DNA of 64,000 bases, taken from the NCBI GenBank assembly GCA_013265495.1, contig MU058384.1, positions 2,171,690 through 2,235,689 of the forward strand, written 5' to 3'. Below are positions 14,401 through 26,400 of the stretch, in pieces. The position numbers and the translations under genes are program-made. Position 1 is the stretch's first letter; every line of letters begins with the position of its first letter. The DNA is from Vicugna vicugna. Taxonomy: Eukaryota. The notes beneath the pieces were generated by a model. That model was not told the origin of the DNA and did not search any database. It was given only the letters and a program-made list of their open reading frames with translations.

Positions 14401-17400
14401 CCCTCTCAATCTCTCTGGTGATATTCCTTGTCCTGAAGTCCATTCTGTCTGATATTAATATTACCATCCTACTTTTTTATATTTTTATTGAAGTATACTC
14501 AGTTTATAATGTGTCAATTTCTGGTGTACAGCACAATGCTAAAGTCACATAGGAACATACATATATTCGTTTTCATATTCTTTTTCACCATAAGTTACTA
14601 CAAGATATTGAATGTAGCTCCCTGTGCTATACAGTTTAAACTTATTTATCTATTTTATATATATTAGTTAGTATCTGCAAATCTCAAACACCTAATGTAT
14701 TCCTTCCCACCCCCTTACCCCACTGTTAACCAAAAGTTTGTTTTATATGTCTGTGAGTCTGTTTCTGCTTTGTAAATAAGTTCATTTATCTTTTTTTTTT
14801 TCCCCTTAGATTCCATATGTAAGTGATGTGGTGTTTTCTTTCTCTTTCTGGTTTACTTCACTTAGAATGACATTCTCCAAGTCCATCCATGTTGCTGCAA
14901 ATGGCAGTATTTTATTATTTTTATGGCTGAATAGTATTCCATTGTATAAATATACCACAGCTTCTTTATCCAATCATCTGTTGGTGGACATTTAGGTTGT
15001 TTCCATGTCTTGGCTATTGTAAACAGTGCTGCTGTGAACACTGGGGTACACCATCCTACTTTTATATGCTTACTATTTGCACAGTGTATCTTTCCCTATC
15101 CTTATACTTCACCAATCAGTGCCTTTATGTTTAAAGTGTATCCCTCATAGTCATTATACAGTGCGTTTTTTTAAGCTTATTTGACAATCATTGCCTTTAT
15201 TTGAGGGTTTAGTCTGCTTGTATTTAATATAATTATTGTTATGTTGAAACCAAGTCTTAATTTTGTTATTTGTTGTTTGGTTGTCCCATCTGTTTTATGG
15301 ACATTTATTCTTCTTTTGCCTTGGTTTGAGTTAATAAATTCTTTTATATTCCATTTTAATTCTTTTATTGGCTTTTTAGGATATCTTGCACTACTCTTTT
15401 AAGTTGTTGCTAGGAACTATGGTATGCATCTGTTTTTTTCATAGCCTACTTAGAGTTAATATTCATGTAAAATTAAAGGCCAGTGTGACAGTATAATTAT
15501 CACCATCCTTTATGCTTTTGTTATTATATCTATTGCATCTACTTAAGTTATAAACTCCAAAATACATTTTTTTGCATTAAATAGTCATATATCTTAAAAT
15601 AACTTCAAAATTTTATATTTTCTCACACATTTATCATTTTCTGTACTCTTCTTTCCTGCTTATAAATCCAAGTTTCTTTCTGGTATCAATTTCCTTAGCC
15701 TAAAGGACTTCCTTCAGCATTTCTTTACTGCAGGTCTTCTGACAACAAATTTTGTCAGTTTCCTTTTATTTGAAAATGTCTTCATTTCACATTAATATTT
15801 GTTATACTATTATGACTCCACTGATTAACTTAAATAATTATCATCTCACAGACAATCTGGTTTCTGTTATATCCCCTTTTTCTTCTTACTCCCTCACTCT
15901 CATTGTTTTAAAGCAAATCCAAGGCATCGTATAATTTCATCCATAAATACTTCAGTGTCTCACTAAATAATAAGAAAAATTTTTTAAATATATATACTAT
16001 ATATAATACCATCATCATACCTTAAGAAATTCAATAATAATTTTTTAGTATGACATCTATCAAGAAAACTTCTTACAAGCATTCCACCTAAGCACAGATA
16101 GATCTTGAATAAATATAAAATCCAAGGCTCTATCAAAGTGGTCATCTTGGGGGCTATATAAACCTTAGACCAAAGAGATATTTGCACTGCTGGCCATGCA
16201 GCTAACAACTACCAAAAAAAAAAAAGGATATTTAATACCTGATTGCCCTCTTTAGATATTAGCAATAAACACCTGCTATAGTCCCAAGCCACCAGATAGC
16301 GATCGAGGCTCTTCCCTGGAACTCCTGATTTCCTCCAAACTCAGTAGAATTACAGATAATTGTGACTAGTTTCACAGCTGATTGGAAACTTTGGTAATAA
16401 GAACCTTCCAGAATTCATTTACCTAAGGCCACTGAGACTCCAAGACTTCTCCCTCACTGCTAAGTGGCTACTGCTGCCCTGTTACTGGGTCCTAATGAAC
16501 ACAGATTAACTCAGTGAAAGAAAAGTTGTGACTCTGAACAGATTTCATCCTGCAATGGGTCTTCTCGGTCCTAAATTCCCATAGAGTGGGTCAAGCCTCA
16601 GAAAGTCCCAGTGTGAAATGAAATGGCACCTCCAGTTAGGAACAAAAAAGACCTTAGTTACCCTCACCCCCCGGTTGTTGAATATCCACTGGACCCAGAG
16701 GCAGTCTGGACCACACATTTACCAAACTGCTGGCTTAACTGGAGATTCACTTATAAGTCTTGGGAGAAGGAAAAGTTCTGCCTTGCAACAGAACACCAAT
16801 TAATACACGCAGAGGAATTAAGTAATGAGAAAATTACCACTTGGCAGCTATCATAGAAATAAGTGTTTCAGATAAGAATCATCAATGGATGCTAAAACTA
16901 GTAGGTGAAAGTTTGCTGAGGAAAAGGATATTTGCATAGATTCAAATACTTTTTAATTAATTTAAAACTAATCACTCAAATCCTTTTTAGTTATTTATAA
17001 ATTAGTAAATATAAAATACTTAATAATCTAGCATCTTAGCCAAGTGATAAAAGTCACAAGCGGTGGGACAAATTGACATGATCTGCCTCCAAAATGACCC
17101 ACTGAGAAGAACACAGCATCCAGTCTGTGTTTTTCCTGCCAAGAGTGTACAACCTCAACGTAATCATGAGGAAATACCAGCCAACCACAAACTGAAGGTC
17201 ATTCAACAAGGTAGCAGATCTGTCCTCTTCAAGTGTCATGTAAGAAAAGACAAGGAAAAACTGAGGAATTGCTCCATTGAAGGTGGAGATAGAGATGTGA
17301 AAGCTACATACAGTGGGCAACCCTGGATTGGATTTGGACTGAGAAGGAAAGGATGATTTTAAAGGACATTGTTGGAAGAATCAGCTGCATTGAATGGAGT

Positions 17401-20400
17401 CTGTGCATTGGGTGGTAGTGCTGAATCAATGTGGATTTTCTGATATTGGAGGATGTACTGTGATTTTTTTCAGCCAAGTCTGCTTGTTTTTGAGGAAACA
17501 CATACTGAAATGCTTATGGTTAGTGGGGCATTATGTTTACAACTCACTCTCAAATATTCAGAATAATAAAGCAAAAATGGCTAAATATTAACAATTGAGG
17601 AATCCAAGTGAAAAACTTAAAGGAATTGTTTGTACTATTTTTGCAACTTTTCTGTAAGTTAAAAATTATTGTAAAGAAGTGTGTGTTTTTTGTTTTTTTT
17701 AAAGAAGAAGCTACTTGCTTCAGTTCCAAGTTTTAATGATTGTCTATTATTTTTGTGTGTCTCTACTCCCCTGGCATTATTTTATTTATTTATTTTAAAA
17801 TTTCTATTTATTCTTTTATTTTGGTAGGGGGTGGGGTGGAGGTAGTTAGGTTAGTTAGGGGAGGTACTGGGGATTGAACCCAGGTCCTCGTGCATGCTAA
17901 GCATGTGCTCTACTGCTTGAGCTATACCTTCCCCTTGCCCCAGCATTATTTTAAATTGCTACTTTTTCTTGATCCCCATCCATGCAGCTTTGTCACAACC
18001 AGAGACACAATAGAATGGCTTACAATGGGACCTCGGTCTGGGGAAAGGTTAGGGTGCGGGTGTAAGAAGGGGGCAAGGGATGGAGTTGTCCATGTGCTGG
18101 GAGCACCAAGTATCAAGACAGAGTGTCCCTTAGGGATCTTCTCAGTATTGACTGAAATTAACATTCAAACTGAGTGAGGCTTGTGACACCACCAAGAACA
18201 GTTAATCCTGATGGATCACTGACCTAACTCCTCACTGTCTGAGGAAGGCTTCACAATCATTTCACTGGCCCCTGAGAAACAGTTTACTCTCATTTGGAAT
18301 TCTCAAGCAGATCAATCAAATTGGATGCAAAAACAGAAATATTTTCAGCCTCCTCTTCAGAGACGGGTCTCATATCTTCAGAGTTTTTGTCCTCATCCTC
18401 CATTCCACCCCACAGCATCTACTGTTCCATTCCAGCAAAGCAAAAGAGAATTGAATCTGAGTTACTTTTTAAAGTCAACCTTAATTATACAAGTTTTATA
18501 TTTGTCCCTCATTTACACTGCTACAATGACACACTCAAGTATAATGAATCTTAAGCAAGAAGAAAAGAAAATGCTTCAGTTAGATTAAAAAAAAAAGTCA
18601 GTACATGAGGAGCGGAGAACTAGGGTAGTTTGCAGTAATGACATTGTGGCTCATTGCATTTTAGTTAATGTCTTGAAGTAAGAAATCCGTGAAAAGAAAT
18701 AACAGCATGTAAGGAGACAATGAACAAAATGTGCTTTGCTCATTTGTTGTGACAAGGATAGCTTCATTTAAATAATTCATGATAATGCTTTGCAGTGTGC
18801 TACTGAATACACAATGTGTGCTTTGCAAAAATAACAAGGCTTAGTCTCTGCTCCAAAATTTCTGGGAAGAAGTAGAAAGAAGCTGCCAAAATTGTGATGA
18901 ACTGACAGGGGAGCAGCTTGGAGAGGTGGCCCAGAGATGGCCAAGTGGATTGGGAGGAGGTCCCTGTCGTCTAGTTGCCTAGGTAGCACCCTCAGTCTTG
19001 TCTGGCAGCTTTACAAACACTCTATGGCATGGTAAGGGTCTGTGTTCGGTGGATTTCCAATGGATGCTGGTGTCACACCAAATAACAACTGGGCTTGGGG
19101 TGTACACAAAATCCGAACCGCATGCTGAAGTCTCCAGTGAATGAGAGAAAAAAGCAGGGTCTGGGTACAGCAGTAAGAGTGATTGAAGTGTTGTGTTGTT
19201 TTTTTTTTTAAGATTTAAAAATAATTTGTTTACCCTGATTCATAAATAGTCAAATGGATACACATAAGCATCAAAAACGAGAAGGTTAAATCTTAGGTCG
19301 TGGAACTACAGGTAATTGGTATTTTCCTCTTTTTGCTTATGCACATTTTCCAATGCTTCTACGAAAGCCCAATGTAACTGTTGAATTCACAAAAAGGGCC
19401 CACGGCTTTCACACAAGTTGTCCCCTCCAGGTGGGACACTCATCCTCCAAGTCTTGGCTTGTCTAAATCCTACACATCCTTCAGATTCCAGCCTAAATGT
19501 CCAATCCTCAGGGGAGGCTTCCCTGATCCCCTGGACTAGGTGAGGTCCCCAATACTTTCCCTTTGTCTCTTAGCACAGTTGGAGCTGTTTCTTTGCTATC
19601 TGTTGGGCTGGCCAGGCCTCCCCTTGGATTGTCGAAAATAAAGGATAAAGCGTGCACATGAACGTGACTTCCCTTGTGCGATTCTTATGATTATATAACT
19701 TTATTGTGTCTAATGAAGCAATGCAGTCCTGAGGAAGTAGCAAGAAACCTTCTCTGGGAGCAGCATGGTGGGTCCAAGTCACATGGCTGGTAAAAAGCAA
19801 TTTTGCAACATATAGGTAACCATATATGGTGATGTTAGTGGGTTTTTAGGGTGATATTTCTGGGGTTCTGCCAGAATTCCCTCACCTTCCCAACAGGCTG
19901 ACTATTCCTGCTCCTCGAGCACTTCCCCTCGGGAGGCTCCTGTCGCTCACGGAGCCCTGCTTAACTAACATTCACATCCTTTGCCGCAACCTGAATCCTG
20001 TACACTTAAATGTGCACTGTAGTCTAACTCAAGCTCTATTTTTGTGTTTCCATTCTTGCTTACCCTCAAATTTAGTCGTTTTTTGGACTCATTCACCATT
20101 TGAAGTCTTTCTCTTCCCCTGGACTGTGAGCCCCATAGAAAAGGCACGGTGGCCGTCTTGGGTGCTGCTCTGGCCCCAGCACCTGGTGTGGTAGTTGTAA
20201 CTTAGCAGGCGGTAAATAGATACGTGTAAATTAGAATAAAGGATGAAGAAAAAGAAGTTGGAAAGCAGGAGGAGAAAAAAATCACTGCTTGTATTAGTTT
20301 CCTGATCATTTATAACAAACGACCACCATCTTAGTGGCTTAAAGCAGTACAAATGTGTTTTCTCAGAGTTCTGGAGGTCAGAGGTCTGACATCAGTTTCA

Positions 20401-23400
20401 CAGGGCTACAGTCAAGGTGTTGGCAGGGCTGGATTTTTCTGGAGGCTCTGAGAGGAGAGCATGCTTCCTTGCCTTTTTCAGGTTCTAGTAGCTGCCTGTG
20501 TTCCGTGGCTCATGTCCCCTTTCTCCATCCTCAAAGCCAGCAGCCCCAGATCTTCAAATCTCTCTATATCTCCCATCATCACAATGTCTTCTCTTCTGAC
20601 TCTGATGTCTCTCGCATCCCTTATAAGGACCACTGTGATTATATGGAGCCCCAGTGATGTAGGATAATCTCCCCAACACAAGACCCTTAATCACATCTGC
20701 AAGGCCCCTTTGCCATATGAGGTAACACTCATAGTTTCCAGGGGTTAGGGCGTGGACTTACTTGGGTGCCATTATCCAGTCTACCACGTTGCCCTAACTT
20801 CCGAGACATGCGAAACACCCCCAGATATTTCCAGTGGTGCTATAGAGTGCTGTCAGATATTCAGTGAGATGCGTGGGTACTCACATTTCCCATTTTAAGG
20901 TAACTTTTAGTCTCCTAAAGTATGAACTTCAGAGAGCAGGAGTCTTTTACACTCTGTGTAGTGTTGAATCCGATGCACTAAGAACAACGCTTGGTACACA
21001 GCAGACCCGCAGTGAATGTTCGTTCAGTGCTGGATAAGTAGACTTTAGCTTTTGGCACCCAACGTTCACTTTCCCTTTTTTAGGTAAAATAACCTCAGTT
21101 CCTATTTGGTGGTCTATGTGGTTCTGTAAGAGCTGACTCCACTCCTGATGCCAAAAAGTACATGATTGAGGCTAATTCAATTCATGTGGGTCAAGCACAT
21201 GATTTAAGGCTAATTCAATTCATGTGGGTCAGTCCCATGGCCCCAGCACTTGGCAGAAGTGGGCATGGACCTAAACTAGTTCAATCAGAGTGAAACCAAG
21301 GACATTTTTTTCTTCTAGACACAACTGAGGAACCATAATGAAGCCATGACTGCTGAAGGCAGAGCAGAGGGGCAGAAAGAAATAAGTCATTGGTTTTATT
21401 ACTGAACTCCTGGATCAAGCTTCAACTGCAGCCAAACCTACCTCTGAATTTTCCAATTATATGAGAGTAAAATATTTTCTTTTTTATTTGTGTCAAGTTT
21501 AAGGTTACTTACAATGAAACTTTCTAAAACCACTAAGAAGCATCGCAAGTGAAAGATGAAAAACCGACAAAACCTGAGCAAGTACTTTTGTTAACTGAGA
21601 ATAGAAGGGACAGGACTCTCGTATGGTCTGTGTTTCTGCTTCCGAGAAGGAGTAGAATCAAAAGGAAGACGAAGCCTTGAGGCCTTCAGGTCACCCAGGG
21701 CTCTGTGTCTTACACTTGGCTGTGGATCAATCACCCTGGGAACTTAGTCAACACAGCTTCTTCCGCCCCATCCCAGGTGTGTTGAGCCAAAATGTCTGTG
21801 GATGAGGCTCGCAGTTTGTGTTTTCACAAACTCCTAGTGACTCTGCAGGGCCTAGCCGGCCCAACATCGGTGAACTTGACCTTCCGTTGGTAGAAGAGGC
21901 AGCTAGCAGATCCTGATGCTGATGCCAAAGTCAAGTACAGAGTGTTAAATACATGTATGGTGTCCATCAGAGAATGTATAATCCTTTTTGAAGCCCTGAA
22001 TTAATTAAATACTTAGACTCTGCATGAGGCTCTGAGGGGCTCTCTTCTATGTGTAAAGGACATCTGTCTGACTGCTAAATGCTTTTTTGTTTTTCCAAAT
22101 CTAGCTGGTTCTCAGCTACACTCTCAGAGTTATGAGAAGTGACGACTAATAAATGGGCTGTTATGGACCATTTTAAAACCGATTTATCTTCCTTGCACTT
22201 TTAATAAATAAGGAAAATCAGGGTAGCTCCAAGGTCAGTGAATTCAAAGATTCAGTGTCATCAAGGGTTAAGGGTTTTCTGTATTTTCACTCTGCCGCCT
22301 TGATGGTTTGCTTTGGTCCTCAAGTTTGTTCCCCGAGGTGGCTCCCAGGTAACAGACCACTGTGAGCAGAACTCCGCACACAGCAGAGGCCACAGGGCAG
22401 AAGAGAGCATGTCCTTTCCTCAAGTTTCTTTTTGAGTCCCTTTGAGAGTGAAGAGAACCCTCCCAGCAGAGGGCAGGAGGAAAGATGATGCACTCTCACT
22501 GAACACTTACTGTGTACTAAGAGCATCTGACTTCTGCTAAGACGTGCTAGCCGGTGGGGGTCTCATGGCAGCCCCTTCTGCTCTTACTCAGCCACAACCC
22601 TCCTGGAAAGTTCCTAAAGAGATTTTTAAGTGCAGAACAGAGACAAATGGTCTCTTGACACCTTGGTTCCACTTTCCAATGAATTATCTATTGATTTGAC
22701 TATTCCTACACAGAAGGTGAAACGACACTTGGTAGATCTGGAAGCTAATATCACGTCACTTATAAATGGCTGTATTACCAGGGCTGCTACATTTGAGAAG
22801 TCATGCGGTGAACAACTTTCAATCCACTCACACAGATGACAGTGTGAAATAGCACCCCCTAGAGGTGTGCAACATAGCACCCTTGGGTATTAGTATTATG
22901 CATAATTCATTTGGGAATTGCTTTACAGAGATCTTGAATTGATTAATGAAAAGTCTTGAATGAAGCCAAGTAGTAGTAATACCCTATGTTCTAAAACTTG
23001 TAGTATCTCGAAAAATTCCTTCCTCCTAGAGAACTATCCAAGGAATTTTTTTCCAATTATCTTTTTGTTATTGTTGTAATAAGGAGAGTTTTACACATCT
23101 TCATTCATTCAGCAAGCATTTATTGAGTGGCTACTATGTACCTGGTATTGCTCCAAGTGCCAGGGACAGAAATAGTTATCAGGAAAAAAAAAAAAAAGCC
23201 CCTGTTCTCATGAAGCAAACTTCTAGCAGAATAGGCAGCGGGTAAAAAAAATAAGCTTGTACTGTGACCAACACAGTGTCAGATGGAGCTACATGCTGTA
23301 AGGAGAAGTGAAACATTATACAGGGGACTGGCACCACTTACAAAATGGGAAGTGAGGACCTCCAGTGCGGGGGCTTTGCCTGATGGAAGCCAATGGCCTT

Positions 23401-26400
23401 CCCACCACCCACTTTTCCTCTGTCTCCATCCCCTGCCCAGTAAAACAGCTTCGGGTTTTGGTTTCTCTCTTCCTTTTAAACTCAAGGATTCTCTTTCTTA
23501 GCTTCATCCACCCCTAAAACCCACCCCAACAACAAATGCTAATATTTCATGTGGTTGCCCACGACCCTCTGGTCTATGTGAAAGGACAGAAATATGTCCA
23601 GAATATGGCACCGAGGGGAGGAGGGTCAGGATGACCCACATTTTCAGGCCTGTCTTGGATATCTAGAAAACAGTATGCCTTTGAATACTCCTCTCTCCTC
23701 TCCACCACCTGCACACAGAAACATCCTCCTTTCAGATGGACATCAGTATCTCGTAGTGATGTGGCTGTTCTTATATTTTAAGGTTCATCTAGAAGTATAT
23801 TGTCTCTGAAACATTTATGCATTAGATTTCCTCACAGATGACAGCTGAGATAGACATCCTCAACTGAGCCGTCCCGGGGCCGCCTATGAACAGGGGGTGT
23901 GTGCACGGATGTGAGAGTCGGGGCCGGTGTTCTCTTGACTCTACACTGGTCAGTACATTTTTCTGCCCTCCAACCCCATTTCCACTTGGTTCTGATACAG
24001 ACAAGTGACGAGAGCTAATCCTTGCCTGTTTGTAATCTCTCTCACCCTACCTTCTCCCTACATTCACACACAGACACACCCCCCCAATCCATTCATCTCT
24101 TGGGAATGCAGTTGCATGAATGTTGCCCCACCCACCAGGAAAAGCTACAAGTTTCAACAGCTCCAGCCCCAGCAGGAAAGGCCTTTGTAGGAGGCATTAC
24201 CTGCTAATGAACAGAAGCAATTTGAAACCGGTCCCACCAGTGTGACGAGGTGACTGACTCAAACTTCTCAATAGGTTTCTCCAAGTGTGACAGACACAAA
24301 CAACCCAGTTTCCTTTAAGGAGTCACAGGAAAGGTCAGCCTGGTCAAGCAGCAGGGGGACAACACCCCTGGACATGTGGCCTTACAAGCACAGTATCTGG
24401 GGGGAAATGCCATGATAGAGGTTTGTGAAAAATCGCTGGGGGTGAAAGATGAGCAGGAAAGGCTTCGGGGAGGGGTGGCAGGGGAGGGTGGCACTTAAGT
24501 TGAGGTGAGAGGGAGAAATTGCCAGAGGGATGGTTTAAGAAGGTGAACCTTTGAAAAATGTTTTAAATATCATAAATCTCCATTTAAGAAATTTTCCAAA
24601 ACCTTAACCATATGGAATATTTATTAAGACAGAAAAGAAAAATCTTAGATATTTAAACATATCTTGTAGAGATTAAGAAACTTTTAACAAACATCGTGAC
24701 AGCATATTTCTGACCAATACCACAGTATTCTGTTCAAGCTTTCTAACTGCCTGAGTCAAAACAAAGTTATTCAGAAATTATAAAACAAAGCATCCAAAAC
24801 AATGGCTTCTTTGCCTGGAGAGCAAGGTATTGCACAAAGACGCTTGAACTTACATACAAAGATTTCAGGCATTCAAATCATGCTAAATTCTCTTGTTTAT
24901 TCACAAGCTTACTCACAGTTATGGGGGAAACAGGGACTATAGGAAAGAAATGCTTAATAGTCAGAAGTTCATTACAGGGTTACCATTTGACCCACCAATT
25001 TCATTTCTAGTTATAAACCTAAAAGAAATAAAAACATCCATATAGAAAAACTTATACACAGATGTTCATAGCAGCATTACTTACAGTAGCCAAAATGTGG
25101 GAACAACCCAAATGTCCATCAACTGATGAATGGATAAAGAAAATATGGCACATCCATACTATGGAATATCATTTGGCAATAAAAGGAAAGTATTGATACA
25201 TGTTATAAAATAGATGAACCCTGAGAGCATTATAATGCATGAAAGTAGCCAGTCACAAAAGGCTACATATTATATAATTCTATTCATACGAAAAGTCCAG
25301 AATAGGCAAATTTATAGAGAAAGAAGTTTGTGGTTGCACAGGGCTGGCTGACTGGAATGGAAAATGACTGCTAATGGATAAGGGGTTTCTTTTGTGGGTG
25401 ATTAAAATGCTGTAAACTTAGATTGTGGTGATGGTTGCACAAGTCTGTGAATGTGCTAAATCCACTGAACTGTTCCCTTTACATGGATGTATTTTATTGT
25501 ATGTGAATTGTGTCACAATAAAGATGCTTAGAAATGTTATTGTATTAACTTTAGCCTAACAATGAAAATGAGCTGGGCTTTTGGATTTAATTAAAATCAA
25601 GCTCAGCTCACATTGGATTAGACCACCTGCACCTGGTGTCTGCAGACGTTGGTAAGAGAGAAGACATGGCTGATGGAAAGAGATGAGGAGGAAGCAGTAT
25701 AAGAAAGACTTCATCCAGACTCCGGGGAATGAACTAATTGATGTTCAACAACAAAAACCACCACAACACATTAAAGATGGTTTCAGGATGCCAAATCTAG
25801 AAACCAGAAAGTGACATATAACTTCTGCTGAAATCAGTAGCCCTCAAACATGTAATGACAGCTTCACGGAACTATGAAATACATACAGCTTTCTGTAGAA
25901 ACACAGCCGCTATCCAACAAAGCAAAGTAACTTCACTGAACCAGGTTAGTTGGTTACATATCCTTGTCCTGTAGAAAGAAGAACTCAGGTACCAGACAGT
26001 GGATGCAGTTTTCAGTGAAAAAAACATCAGGCCTAATGTTAATGAGCCTCAATGTACACCACAAGATCCCTAACGACCTCCAGTGGTCACAACGAAAATT
26101 GCTTGGTTTGTAATACAAGAGACTAGACAACGATGCCCCACAGAGTAATTATAGGTATGGGGTTTGATCTATTATTTTATCGTGAAAGCTGCGAAGTTGG
26201 AGCCAAAGGAAACCTAGCCTGTGACCACCATAAAAATTTCCCTTTCCCTGATTTTTAAGCCTTGACTGAAGAGCCTCTTTGTCTGTGGCTTGTCTTTGCA
26301 GCCTCTTTCAACACAGAACTAGAAGATGTCTGTCTCCCCCCGCCAGTGACTAGGTGACTCCATCAGGGACAATCCACTATGAGCCCACGGATGCAAAAGA

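Noticed and set aside
21160..21231. Direct repeats resembling a CRISPR-like array
   Set aside because: Only two adjacent copies, no spacer, eukaryotic context; a simple tandem duplication.
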